Below are positions 48,078-61,489 of a DNA stretch of 64,000 bases, piece by piece. The position numbers and the translations under genes are program-made. Every line of letters begins with the position of its first letter. Within the stretch, counting starts at the first letter, position 1. Source of the DNA: Eledone cirrhosa (lineage: Eukaryota); NCBI GenBank assembly GCA_964016885.1, contig CAXHJY010000180.1, positions 1 to 64,000 of the forward strand, read 5' to 3'. The notes beneath the pieces are model-generated. The model was not told the origin of the DNA. It made no database searches and worked only from the letters and a program-made list of their open reading frames with translations.

Positions 48078-51000
48078 CGAAATAATGATAATTAGGAAGA
48101 GACTCGGTAAATGCGTATATTTAAATCTAGTTGTTTTTTTTAAACTAATTAACTGTTCTGTTATGCGTAGTAAGTGTGTCTATTTTTAGTCCACCTAATT
48201 ACTTTGATTATGACTTGTTGCCTCCAATTTCTCTAAAATAAACAAAGGTATGAGCAAGTTCACTAGACTAAATCAACTTGTGCCAATATTCCGAACAAAT
48301 GTTTGTACTTTGTTTTATACAAAAATATATTATTCTGCTATGGTCTACGCATATAACGCTTTAAATATGGAACGAAATTAAAGACACAATCTGTTTATAT
48401 ACTGTATTTACCTTATTCGTAAGACAATTGACTGATAAAATACGGAACTAAATCAAAGGCATAATATATTGTTTCTACAGCACTTACATAATTAATATTA
48501 TCCGTAAGACAACTGATAATTAAACATTTTAAAGTATGTATGACACATTACTGGTATAACTTTATAAGTCATAACTCGGTGAAGCAGCTATTATACTTCG
48601 TTCGTTTCAATTGCGAGTTCAAGTGCAGTCATATGTACTTCTGTTTGATATGAAAATGAGGATGTAGTGCAAATTATTAAAACTCGCCAAAGCATTACCA
48701 ACGTAGAAGTGTCGTAGAAGAATGTTTTAGAATGAATGTGAGTTTAATTTAATTCCATGGTTCTTATTATTTACTCTTTGACGTAAAGATGAAGGGACAA
48801 AGAATATAGTTCTGAAGGATGTTCTGTCTTGAGACACTTTCAACATTACCCATGTGAACTTCCTAACATCTCAAAAATAAAACACTAAAGAAAAAATACA
48901 ATTCCCAAAGAAATTATACTATTCATGATAATCAATAAACTGCACAATGTTCTGAATGTTTAAATAACCGTGATAATTCCACGAGTATGCATCAAAATCG
49001 TAAAGATAGTAAAATAACAGCAGTCAATAGACTGTGCTGTTGTGTTATCTCACTATTAAATCCCGTCAAGGCGAGTCAAGGAGAGAACATTTACATGACC
49101 GCTCAACCTGCTAAAAATAGTAGCCAAATTACTCTCAAATAACGCGTCAACCTCTGCTAAAAAAAAGATGGGTAAACAGGATAATGTAATCACAGATACG
49201 GTTAATTAATAATAAATCTACAATTTACCAAAACCAAAATTAGATGTTGTGTAGCCCCAGTTCATTCTAGATTGAACGGAACTTTATCGAATATGTTCCA
49301 GTTGTAACCATTGTAACGAGAAATACATTATCAAATTACTCTTTTGAGTTTTTTTAAGATCATGGTATTATAATTACAGACACGTTTAGCTAATTCGAAG
49401 GAGATTTAGATTGAGTGTAGTCCTGGTCTTTGCCATGAACCTTACAATTTAATTTGAAAATAATAATCATTAGGCGAGACACATTCTATGTCATATGTTA
49501 TATTTGTAATTATGAAATTAAATTTTAACTTTCAATGTATTAACAGCTTATAATAATCAGAAGTTTGTCCCGGTTAAATTCTCATAGGACATGGTTTTGC
49601 TTAAAAGCTAAATTCAATTCATTTCGTATTCCTCCCTGTTAATGTTGCGAAATGCATATAAGTCACACCTTTTCACTTGCTCTTATATATTTGAGAAGAG
49701 ATTCTGATACATTGCCCTCACATGATGTATTTCGCCTGGGATATTTTCAGCTGATCGACCAGGAAAATAACACCAGCCATCTCTCTCTTTCTCTGTTTCA
49801 TTCGTAGCTAGTATAATCTAATACGAGTGTAATATAGAAACTACGTAATACGACGGCCGCAGCTAGATGGCGTCATTCACTTGCATACCAGTAATTAGTG
49901 ATGGCTGCTTGCTGTTTTTCCGGAATCGACAAAGGGCGTGGTTTGAAGGACGTGTTTTAGTTTTACTTTGCCTGGTGCTGAATGGCTCTGATGTGTGGAG
50001 TTGGATAGCATTAGATTGATGTAAATTTGTTTACTTTCAAGTTAAGGCAATTGACGGTCTTAGTAATATATGTCCATATAGCTGCCGATTAGTTCTGAAT
50101 GGCACAGATCTCATAACTGGGAGTAAGGAAACAGAATGTGAAATTAGCTTACTGTTGCTGATTTTCAACGATTAGTGTGTTTGGTCAGAATAAATATTGA
50201 ATCTCATAGAGGTTTCAGCTTTATGTGACAGCATTTTAGGACATTAATTAGCAGTAGTACTAACAGAGCGCGATTCATAATATGAAATCATATACAATAA
50301 GTGTGTATAACAAAGATATGGTATAAGTCACATCTACCTCAGAAGTCGTGTGAGAACGCCAAACCTTAGTGTGTTTATTATACATAAACATATCGTACGT
50401 GCGTTCATATACATCTCTGTTATTAATCCTGCTGTGTTAGCTCTGCTGCTAAGTAATATAAGCCCGTCAAGTCTGCCCTATATGCAAATGAACAATTCCT
50501 TAAATGTACCATCTGCAAAATTTATATATTTTACCTCAGTACCGAATGTGTTAACGTCACTGAAGATGGATACTTGCACTAGAAAACTAGTATTTGGAGT
50601 TCTCACATAGATACTAAGGTAACTGTGGCAGCTCTGACAACTTTAAATACCCATAGCGTGACTTATATATGTTTATTATACATATACATCAACATATTTT
50701 ATATTCTTCCATATATACCTGTATTGTGATCTTAAGCATGATCAATCACATTTACGCTTCATTGTATATTTATAACCTTGAAACGGCATAAGATGTCATT
50801 ATTTGCAATTTTACGCCCCATTATATTTGAAGTATAAATTCCTTTAGGTCGCCTATGAAATATATGAAATATGAACTGAGGTCAATTTAACCCTCTTGAA
50901 AACCTCTGTCGCCTAATAAAACCAGTTGATAAACAACTTTGATCAATAGTTAGCGGCTTTGTGGGATGCAATTGTTGCCGACTAAATATATCCTCAACCA

Positions 51001-51699
51001 ACACTATAATGTTATTAATGCAATGTAACTTACATACATAAATCACTGTCTGTTCTACTAGAACCAGTTTACCTAGTTGTAAACCCTTGTCATGTGTAGG
51101 TCAAGCTTTTTCCTGCAAACCGGTTGTCTAAATATTTGTAGTATATGTCTCTAACACTTACAGCATTGTATATATGCTCTGTATTTAGCAACTTATTCTA
51201 ATGTGAAGCATAATATACAGAACGACATACTCTCTTCGGAAATTATTAAATCAATTTTCTTGAGATGTGTCGCCGTTAAATTCAGAAAAAAAGAAATTAT
51301 CATAATACCCCCTATATATTGTTCAGGAAATTTAATCTCTAACACATCTCTACTTGTTTTGGTATCATTTTTTTAAAATGCGGCGATGTACTCCCGTTTG
51401 GTTAACAAACACAGATACACGCGCGCGCGCTCACACATATACACCCACTTATATACATATAAATACATACATACCGACCGTAGACACCGTACTCTTCATA
51501 TATATATGTGCGCGTATTTTCTTTGTGTTGTATGGTTTAACTAATAGGTAGCTGAGTTTGTGATCAAGTCATTCTGATCAGCAGATCCTGGTTTAATAAG
51601 CCAAAGCCACTCAACTTCATGTGTATCGTTCATCATGTATGTGGTATCTCGGGGGGGGGGGGGGGTTTACAAGAGTTAAATACAACAATGATAAACATG

Positions 51700-51999
51700 A
51701 GGAGGCCGGACTCCAATAACTCCCTTTATTGTTGCATATTATGTATTTCTGTGGCCGAATTAATGATAAGGAGACTGGTGATAACATAGCTAGTTCGGCT
51801 GTCTCCGTATCATTAATTCTTTGATTTTGTTCATATTTTTGCCGAGCCCCAGTGAGGATTACTTAACTAAATTCATTATGTTTATACCATCTGATGAGGT
51901 CGCCGATTGTTTTGTGCAATGGTCTGATGACGTAGATTATTCGGCCACAGGAATATGTATTATGCAACAATTAATAGAGTTATTGGAATCAGGCCTCCT
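51700..51999. repeat. Imperfect inverted repeat (~60-bp arms) enclosing further hairpins
   Basis: 51700-51760 pairs with 51939-51999. Inner hairpin at 51757-51819. Confidence 0.8.
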
Positions 52000-52106
52000 T
52001 TTGTTTTCTATTGAAATACACACACACACACTATATATATATATATATATGCATATATATATATATGTGTGTGAGTGTGTGTGTTTATACATATATATAT
52101 AATAAT

Positions 52107-52274
52107 AATTGTTTCTACTTTTGGCACAAGGCCAGAAATTTATCCCAGTGTATTACTGGTACTTTATTTTATCGACCCCGTAAGGATGAAAGGCAAAGTT
52201 AACCTCAGCGGGATTTGAACTCAGACCATAAAGGGCCGTAACTCTTTGCTGCATAGGATGGCGTCCGACCCTCT
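52107..52274 (-). mobile_element. Young SINE, 5'-truncated
   Basis: Family match. Confidence 0.88.
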
Positions 52275-53115
52275 ATAATAATAATAACAATTATTATTAT
52301 TATATAGATGTATAGATAGATGTATATAAATGCGCACACAAACACATGGTTAGTTCGAGAAGAGACAGGATGTAGCTTGTAAGAGGAATAAATAGGGACG
52401 AGGAGAAAAGAAGGTGTGACGAACGAGATCGGATTACAAATGGTATCCAAGCGGATATACGAATTAAACGAGTAAAAGAGAACAGGCTAGTGGAAATGAG
52501 AAATGTACGTGTGATATTCTATTGATATAGCTTATGCAGTTTCACGGAACGAATCTGGACCAACGTAATCCAGAGAACTACCGTTTACCATGTACGTAAA
52601 CTTAATGGAGGTTGGATGTTATACCGACTCTTTTAGTCGTTAGCGATAAGTCCGTGTAGTACCCCTATGTGGTGAATATTTGACTATATATAGCAAGATT
52701 ATGAGGAAAAACTTTTCATTGGCTAATTGGCATCATTTCAGTGGTTGCGGATAGGTTGCTGGAGAGGAGACAGTGTGGATGTTTGTTTTTTTGTTCCCTT
52801 TTTCGGTGGTACTGTTTGATGTTAGAAGTAAGGAACATGTAGTTATGTAATTAATTAAATTTAATTAATGATTTTTTTTTGGGGGGGGGGGTTATGGTTA
52901 GTATTCAAAATATTTTGATTAAGTTGGTCTAATTGTACAAGTAATAAAAATTATAAATAGTATAATATAACAATATAAATATTTAAAAAAAATGAAATTA
53001 AAATATAAGAATGTTAAAGTATAAAAGAAAATAAATATTATAACTTCAGATGTATACTAACATATAAAGTTAACCTAAATCAATAAAAATTAAAAATATA
53101 TAAAAAAAACAACAT

Positions 53116-53726
53116 AATTGTTTCTACTTTTTGGCACAAGGCCAGCAATTACTCAGTGCATTACTGGTACTTTATTTTATCGACCCCGTAAGGATGAAAG
53201 GCAAAGTCGACCTCAGCGGGATTTGAACTCAGATCGTTAAGGGACGTAACTATGCTGGAAAGCATGGCATCCGACCCTCTACCGATACTGCCAATCCACA
53301 ATGATTTCTGATTTAGGTAAAAGGTCAACAATTTTTTTTTTGGGGGGGGGGGGTAAGTCGATTAAATCAACCCCAGTACTTACTGGTGCTTTATTTTATC
53401 GATACTGTAAAGATGAAAGACAAAGCTAAACTCGGCGGGATTTGAACTGAGAACGTAAAGGGACGTAACTATGCCATGAAGCATGGTGCCCGACGCTCTA
53501 TTGGTGCTGCTAATCCAACGCCTTTACCTAAATATAAATAATTGTTTTTACTTTTGGCACAAGGCCAGCAATTACCCAGTACATTACTGGTACTTTATTT
53601 TATCGACCCTGTAAGGATGAAAGGCAAAGTTAACCTCGGCGGGATTTGAACTCAGTTCGTAAAGAGACGTAACTGTGCTGCAAAACATGGCGTCTGACCC
53701 TCTACCGATACTGCTAATCCACCACC
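53116..53726 (-). mobile_element. Three adjacent co-oriented SINEs (53116-53299, 53303-53523, 53540-53726)
   Basis: Family match. The middle copy belongs to the older subfamily with a G-run. Confidence 0.88.
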
Positions 53727-54585
53727 CTTATACATAAATATAAATAATGATAGGATAGTTGGATAGGTCATTGGGGAAGTCTACTTGTATATAATTATTA
53801 CATATATTATAAATATCATAAACATTAGCTTATATCTACGCTATAATTAAAGTTAGTGTGGTTGTTTGTCTTCAGTTGAGTTAGCTCTAGGACCCGTATT
53901 GTAATGTTGCAGCTGTAGGAATGTATCGAAGTAGGGAATTAGAACTGCAGGTAAACATGTACAACATTTAGTTGGTGTATGTCATTAGTTGGTTCTCCGG
54001 GTCGACGGTTAATAGTATTATGTATTTAATTAATTGCATTAATTACAATATAACCACCTGTCCCTTAATTAGATATAACCTGGAAACATTATCGACGGAA
54101 AATAGCACACAGATAACATACGATTACATCGTTTTATAGAAAAATTAAATCCAGGTCACCATGACCTCGATTCTATTCTATGCATATACATATATATATA
54201 TTAGAAAGTGAGGTTTTTTTTACAAAATGAAAAATAACCGAGGTGTCCTACACGAGTGAAAGTATAAAGAAAAAAAGATAAAATCGAAAATGCAACTGGA
54301 GTCTTATTTTAAAAAATATATATTTTTTTATTTGGTTCCTTTACCGGTTTTGCAGTTCTTCTGCTTTTCAAAAGTAGAGTTGAGATGGCGGTCTGTGGTT
54401 TTTCCACGCACACATATATATATATATATATATTGTTATGCTTTGGGGGGGTCATGTTGCCAATAAGAAACACACGCACCAGTTGCTTTCACTCCAATTT
54501 ATTATAAATTAAATTTAAAAATTTAAGAATTTATAAATTTCCGGTTGGTTGGTTGGTTCCGCAACCGGACGGTTGTTCATATATT

Positions 54586-54628
54586 GTCAAAGTTCTTTCG
54601 TTACACATTATGTGACCTCTTCAGTGAC
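54586..54628 (-). ncRNA. Type I hammerhead ribozyme
   Basis: GTCA-CTGAAGA-G-GTCACAtaatgTGTAAC-GAAA-GAAC-TT|TGAC. Confidence 0.7.
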
Positions 54629-55348
54629 TAGGGATTCTTTTCTTTGTTTTTGTGCCTCTCCTTTGTTCTGTCCTACGCCATCTTGTTTTTGTGTGTGTTG
54701 TGTGCTTAGTTTGCGCATGTGTTACATCCGGGTGTTTGTGTATGTTTATATTTGTTTATTTACATGTTACTGGTTGGTTGTTTGTTCTATGTGTGTGTGA
54801 GGTTTTCATTTTGTCCTTAATTGTAAGTTGTGATGTTGCTATTCCATTCATGTTTTCTATTTAATTTTGGTTGGAGTTCATTTATGTTTATTGCCTCTGT
54901 GATTTGTCTAAACATTGCCTCTTTTCTGTGTGTAGATTCTATTTTTATTTCTATGTTCTCTAATTTACCCTTATGTTCTATTTTAGCATGTTAGTGGAGT
55001 ACAGATGATTCTTTTCTATCTTGAAGCCAGTGTTCATTTATCCGTTCTCCTATACTATGAGCTGTCTCACCTATGTACACTATATTCTTATCTCTACATT
55101 GAACTCCAACCAAAATTAAATAGAAAACATGAATGGAATAGCAACATCACAACTTACAATTAAGGACAAAATGAAAACACACACACACATAGAACAAACA
55201 ACCAACCAGTAACATGTAAATAAACAAATATAAACACACAGGCACTCGGATGTAACGCATGCGCAAACTAAGCACACAACACACACAAAAACAAGATAGC
55301 GTAGGACAGAACAAAGGAGAGGCACAAAAACAAAGAAAAGAATCCCCA

Positions 55349-55391
55349 GTCACTGAAGAGGTCGCAGAATGTGTGACGAAAGAACTTTGAC
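55349..55391 (+). ncRNA. Type I hammerhead ribozyme
   Basis: GTCA-CTGAAGA-G-GTCGCAgaatgTGTGAC-GAAA-GAAC-TT|TGAC. Confidence 0.78.
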
Positions 55392-55704
55392 AATATATGA
55401 ACAACCGTCCGGTTGTAGAACCAACCAACCAACCGGAAATTTATAAATTCTTAAATTTCTAAATTTAATTTATAATAAATTGGAGTGAAAGCAACTGGTG
55501 CGTGTATTTCTTATTGGCAACATGACCCTCCCAAAGCATAACAATATCGGTTTCAACACACGTTTTCAGATAAAGAATTTTGCTAAACAAATTCAGAAAC
55601 GAAATATATATATATATATGCACACATGCATATATATATTTGTATATATATATATATATATACACACATGCATATACATACATATACATACACACATATA
55701 CATA

Positions 55705-55900
55705 TGCATGGATTCACAATCGTGAGATTCTGATTTAGATTCCTGGACCAGGCGATACGTTGTGTCCTTGAGCAAGACACCTTTTTACACTTTGCTCCTT
55801 CTGCCTGGAGTTGCGACCGACAGATAGTATTAACAATTGGTCCGATTTGAAGAGCTCCACCCCACTCGTTAAGCAAATGTGGTCTGGGATCTTGTCGATC
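55705..55900 (+). mobile_element. CORE-like SINE remnant
   Basis: GTTGTGTCCTTGAGCAAGACAC following a degenerate tRNA-like head. Confidence 0.55.
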
Positions 55901-55904
55901 GACA

Positions 55905-55935
<31 letters not shown>

Positions 55936-55939
55936 GTAA

Positions 55940-56047
55940 TAATTGTTTCCACTTTTGGCACAAGGCCAGCAATTAACCAGTGTATTACTGGTACTTTATT
56001 TTATCGACCCCGTAAGGATGAAAGGCAAAGTTAACCTCAACGGGATT
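55940..56047 (-). mobile_element. Truncated young SINE in a TA tract
   Basis: Family match. Confidence 0.85.
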
Positions 56048-56290
56048 ACTATATATATATATAGTAATAATAATAAATTTGAAGAGTTTCAGAAGATCCC
56101 GTTAAGGGTGAAAGCAGCGATTCTTTGCTTAAACTTTAATCTGTTATTTTAATAAATAAATAAAAATATATATATTTTTTTTTTTTTTTTTTCACATTTT
56201 ACCCCGTTCCTTCCACTTACCACTCTTTACTTTCCGGCACAGTACATGAAAGAAATATATTAGTTTAACGCTTGAAATAGCTGGAATAGA

Positions 56291-56328
56291 ATCTTAACGT
56301 TTCGGACATTAGTCCTTCATCAGAAGAT
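56291..56328 (-). ncRNA. Minimal type I hammerhead ribozyme with an intact core
   Basis: ATCTT-CTGATGA-A-GGAC taat GTCC-GAAAC-GTT|AAGAT, with palindrome AACGTT. Confidence 0.85.
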
Positions 56329-56666
56329 AGAGTTAGAAACAGAAGATAAATTGAACGTAATGAGTGATAAGAGGAAAGAACGGGGTAAAAATAGAGAAAA
56401 TGGGGCATAAAAAACACACGTGCATATTTGGTCGGCCATCTTGGAATGTGGCTGGTCAAGGGATATTTTCCGCGTTAGAGAAGTATAGGAAGGGAGGTAA
56501 TCAATGTATATGTGAGGTGGACATGTCAGTATGCGTGTGTGTGCGTGTGAAGGTGTGTTCGTATGTTTAAACGACCATGTCTCTTTGAATCAAGCATGAA
56601 CTTCGATGTGATTATCATCTTAAAACCCCTTCTGGGTTCTGTATTGAACACTCTCTAGATTTGTAT

Positions 56667-56706
56667 GCCCTTGAGAAGCCCTTTTCGGGCGAAACGTATG
56701 TAGGTG
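56667..56706 (+). ncRNA. Degenerate hammerhead
   Basis: GCC-CTTGAGA-A-GCCC ttttc GGGC-GAAAC-GTAT-GTA|GGT. The CUGANGA box is mutated. Confidence 0.5.
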
Positions 56707-56884
56707 CTTTTGTATAAACATGTTCTAACAGTCTGTATTCTCCTTTGTAATCCTTTCATTTATATATATATATATATATTTATATGTATATATATATATA
56801 TAGTAATAATACTATTTCACCCGTTAAGGGTGAAAGCAGCGATTCTTTGCTTAAACTTTAATCTGTTATTTTAATAAATATAAA

Positions 56885-56885
<1 letters not shown>

Positions 56886-56958
<73 letters not shown>
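56886..56958. repeat. (GT)n(GA)n microsatellite
   Basis: Read directly from the sequence. Confidence 0.95.
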
Positions 56959-56961
<3 letters not shown>

Positions 56962-59274
56962 AAAAATATAAAATAACCAAAGCTACTCTGTATTATATTA
57001 CAAACTGAAATGGGCGTGTCTTCTTTCATACGTATTTTGTTGAGTAAATGTCTCAATGAATAATTAAAATTGTGTATAGTTATTTAGGGTGGTATCTGTA
57101 GTGCATTTATTTTAACTAAACTTGAAACTCGGCTGGAGGTGGGACTGCTTGATTAACAACAACGGAAATAGAACCGGTTCTACAATTTCTCACTCACTCT
57201 TCTTTTTTTCCGCTACAATTCTGCTCAATGACTCATAACAAAAAAGAAAAAAATAGGTAAAAGTGAATTCATGTAGTAACGGAAATCCAGCTGCTAGGTC
57301 GCTATCTTACTATTGAACAGTACATTGTGTCCTACCTTCCACATCCGCAAATATCTTAGCTCCTCATTAGCCCAGTCAGTAATATTTTAGATATACATAG
57401 CTACAGTGATATTGCTGCTGTAAACAAAAGAGCTTACACGAGGAATATTATTCAACATAGATAGGCCAATGTCGTCGCTCGACCTGCTAGAATTAGCATC
57501 AAGATCTTCTTCATACGACACCCTAAATAGGGAAAGTTTATATCGGAAATACATTTCTAGTTACATTGTACCAGGAAAACAGAAATGGGCTAGGTACGAC
57601 TAAAATACCTTCGATTTACTCGATTAGCACGACGAGGCTTGGGTTGAACCGAAGTTATGGTAAAGATGTCCAACATGTCACGTAGAGTGATCAAATTCGA
57701 GACTTCATAATTGCAAAGCAAGCTGTTTAGCCACTATATATCTATATATCTATCACTCTACGTGACATCTTGGGCAAATGTTTTTTACCATAGCCTCGGG
57801 CCAGCCCGAGCCTCTTCAGTCCTAATCAAGAAAAATAAAATATTCATTGTTTCGCAATGACCAGATAAAGTACAGTAGCAATGAGCAACAAGGAGACTGG
57901 ATCTGGCCGCGATGGTAATGTTTCGTGTTCTGTTGTCGATTTGTCTCCTAGTATTGTCATTTTGATATGTCCCGAGTACCCACCTCCACAAAAACAAAAC
58001 CCACTTAACGCATCATTGGCCAAGACCATTTAGCTTTTAATAGGTATTACATTGTAAACTTGTAGTAAACAACAGCAGGAACATTTTAAAATTGACAATT
58101 GCTGGATCCCCACAGTCAGGGCATAGAAGAACAAAACTAAATACGGCAATTCAAAACAGTTCAGTTAACCACAGTCTTTATACAATTGTTATTGTAACAA
58201 TTGTATCAGTGTCAACTTACTGAGTCAGTACCTTCCATCCAACTCTAGAATTTACTTCAATCATTTCCGAAGCTTCAGGTACTTTTATCAACATTTCGTT
58301 GACTATTTATAGCCATTAATCTTTATCATGGTAAATTTAATCCGCCACCCATTTTAACACTACCATTTAGCCCTTGTGTGTCTTTAGAAGATTCCACTCT
58401 TTTTCAAGTATTCGAGGAATGTCCCCAGTTTGAGGATATATCCCACCTTTGCACCAATACTGAAGACCCTGAAAAGTGACATGGACACTGTTATTTTCTC
58501 CTATTTACGTAAAACATAATTCTAGCCCTGCTGATTCACCAACCTATTTTCACCCTACTCACACTAAAACTGTCCTCTTTCAATTTCGCCGACTTTGTCA
58601 AATATGCAATAAGGATTTAAATTTCCCTTCAAAATCCGAATAAATACGCCAAATGCCGTTCGAAATTATGACAGGATCTCTGCTCTTTTTGCTTAAACAG
58701 CCGAATATACGGTGATTGCTTCCACATCCTCGCATTATTCTCCATAACTTCTATTTCTTTTCCTTTGGCCCTCAAACTATTCATATATTTAATAAAGACC
58801 AAACCTTTCGCAGCATTCTAATTGGATGCTTTACCCATTTGTTTCTACTTCTCTAAAAGTGCATTCACAGCCATTACCAAATCACCGACCACTTTAATAG
58901 TACTTTTGACTGTAGTGTGTTAAAAAAAAATTCATATTTTCACGTGAAAGATTTTAGCTTCGAGGTTTCTTTTTTTCTTTTTAATTAAAACTGAAACACT
59001 GGGGGCACCATGAAACTAACTTAAGGGATCGGCATAAGCAAATACTAAAGAGAAATAATTCTTTGAATGGGCATAGTATTTCAACAACATTTGGAAGTCC
59101 TGTGAGATTTAAGCTATATACATTTACATGACAAAGAACGTATGTGTTCTAGTTTTCGATTGGGTTGAATGCAAGAAATAATTGACGTAACAGCTGCAAA
59201 ACCTAAAATGTTCGGAAGTCAAACAAACGTATCGAGTCATCAGTCTCGTTTACAAGTTGTCTGTGTATGTTTGT

Positions 59275-59590
59275 GAAGGTGCGTGACTGCGTGCGCAAGG
59301 TGCTCAGCTTACAATCGTAATATCGGGAATTCGATTTCCGGTGGCGCGTTGTGTCCACCAGTAAAATACTTTATTTCACGTTGCTGCCATTCACTCAGCT
59401 TAAAAAGATGAATTATAAATGTAATTCAAAGAACCAACCTTGTCGCATAACGTGTTACGCTGAATCTTCATGAGAAATACCTTAAAGATATACGTTTCGA
59501 TCAAATACTCAGCCGCACTTCCATGTTAATTTTACGAATAAGATGTTCCATTGATCGAACTACTGAAACACTCATAGTAGAGACCGGCGG
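59275..59590 (+). mobile_element. Old tRNA/CORE-like SINE
   Basis: Degenerate tRNA head (GGAATTCGATTTCC), then GTTGTGTCC...ACTTTATTTCACGTTGCT. A related reverse copy lies near 44150-44410. Confidence 0.55.
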
Positions 59591-60811
59591 AAATCTATTC
59601 ACATAAAGAAAAAATGAATTCATTTCTAATCGAAATGTAATTTTCAAGCAGCGATTATAGCTTTTACATACATTACATGTATTCTTTTCTTTCCCTATTG
59701 CTGTCCCTTTGAATTACAGGCATAATCCGATGAGCTTCCCAATAGATTCCGATTACACAATTTCACTTAAAAATCATATGTTGGCATGACGCTCTGGTAA
59801 ATGTCACTTGCACAAGATGCTACGCAGTGGGATCGAACCCGAACCTACTGATTGTGAAGCGAACTTCTTAATCGTTCAGTCATGCTGTGTCCACATCCTC
59901 CTTGTGCAATTGAGTAATGATAAACCTTATCGGTTCGGTTTTATCGCATACATAAATACAGCTGCTTGTTTATCTCTGTATTGATTAGGCGAACTAAATA
60001 TGTGCAAATTTATAGACCAACGGGTAAGTATCTGGCCAGGTAAGGGCATTCTGTGATCTTCAGCTCCGATCTCTAGCAAATTTATTTCATTTATCCCGCT
60101 AATGGAAGGGCGGTGTCCCAGCATGGCCTCAGCCGGATGGCTGGAACAGATAAAAGAATAATGTTCTGGAGAAATGAATGTACGTCGTGCTTTATAAAAT
60201 GTACAGTTGTTGTGGTTTACCAAAACCAAACTATCAAAATAGAATGATAGTCATGTTTTCCCCTCTATCTACTTTGAGCCAGCAAGAAAACCTCCACGTG
60301 AAATAACAACCAAATTTCTAACAACTAGAAATAACAACCAAATCTCCTCGAAGAGAGAGAATAGATGGACAATGTATTCACTGTAGCTATAAAATTGATG
60401 GGATACTCATGGCTAGTATCATAAATAGGTCTGCTCGAGGAAGGCGGACTAAAGACTAAAGAACAATATTAATAACTGTTATTCAATATTTCCTATCTGC
60501 ATTAACGCAACAATGTCATTAACAGTATCATTATAGCCACTCCATACTCCACTCTACTTTAATACTCATTCCTAACTGCTATCTACATCGGCACACAAAC
60601 CTCATTAACAGTAATTCTATATCTATTATCTAAATTAACACAACAGACTTAATAGCAGTTATTCGTACACCCTATAAACATTAACTCGTACGACAATGGA
60701 CTTAACACTCATATTCACAGTCAGCCAGTTCATGAAAAACATGCGTTATAAACAATTTTAATGTGTAGTAATGCTAATCTCTTCACTATATTTGTCGGCA
60801 ATATTCTACAT

Positions 60812-61489
60812 CACAGGTTCTCAACCCATTTAGGCCAAACGCCCCCTTTGTTCCTCGAAATCACGAAACGCCCCCCCCCCCCCCTATTTTTCCATTTTTC
60901 AATATACTACTGATTTTTATATCAGTAGATTACTAAAATATTGATTAACAATATTCCAAAGATGTGTGTATTATCTGATTATGTGTTGTATGTGGTCCTA
61001 GATGTGTGTGCTACCCGCTTCTGTTTTTTCTTTTCTTTTTTTTATTTGTAATATTATTTATACAATAGGGAATAAAATAGATTTACATAGTGTTAACTCG
61101 TTGCGGTTGAGTCAATAATTTCAGACATGAAATACATTGTTATCGGTGAAGGAAAGACAAGATTCTAACTGGCTGCGCTCAAAGTGTCTTTGACCCAGTT
61201 GACTGTGGGTTTTTCCATTTTTAGGATCTCAATTACCGGACATGCCTGCACACCTGCTCACAGCTGCGGTCAGACTATAGTTATGCTGTCTGCAAGGTCA
61301 TTCAAATGCATTCACACTGGCTGTCTCAAAGACATACAAATATGGCTTATAAAACTTACCAAAATAAAGAGCCTTCCAGCGCCCCCCTATACCCCCCCCC
61401 CCCAGCTCCAAGCGATCTTGCTCCCAAACGCTCCCCTGGCGTTCCGAAACGTCCACGGGGGTGCATATGCCCCCCGTTGAGAACCTTTG
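60812..61489. mobile_element. hAT (Charlie/Buster-like) MITE
   Basis: TIRs CACAGGTTCTCAAC and GTTGAGAACCTTTG (13/14 match). 8-bp TSD TTCTACAT at 60804-60811 and 61490-61497. Confidence 0.9.

Larger units (their letters stand above)
54431..55546 (-). mobile_element. PLE 3' fragment with an inverted pseudo-LTR (~450-bp arms)
   Basis: 54431-54880 is the reverse complement of 55100-55546. The spacer encodes (minus) VYIGETAHSIGERINEH...RQITEAINI..LQPKLNRKHEW. Confidence 0.88.

Noticed and set aside
49900-50280. Possible decayed hAT transposase C-terminus on the minus strand
   Set aside because: Only a faint ITK..N.LNL resemblance, with no continuous frame or TIRs.
50555-50600. CTGAAGA...GAAAACTAGTA hammerhead-like motif
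   Set aside because: Stems I and II do not pair convincingly.
54431-55546. A/G differences between the inverted arms as a fossil of A-to-I editing
   Set aside because: There are few sites, several are explained by CpG decay, and changes go in both directions.
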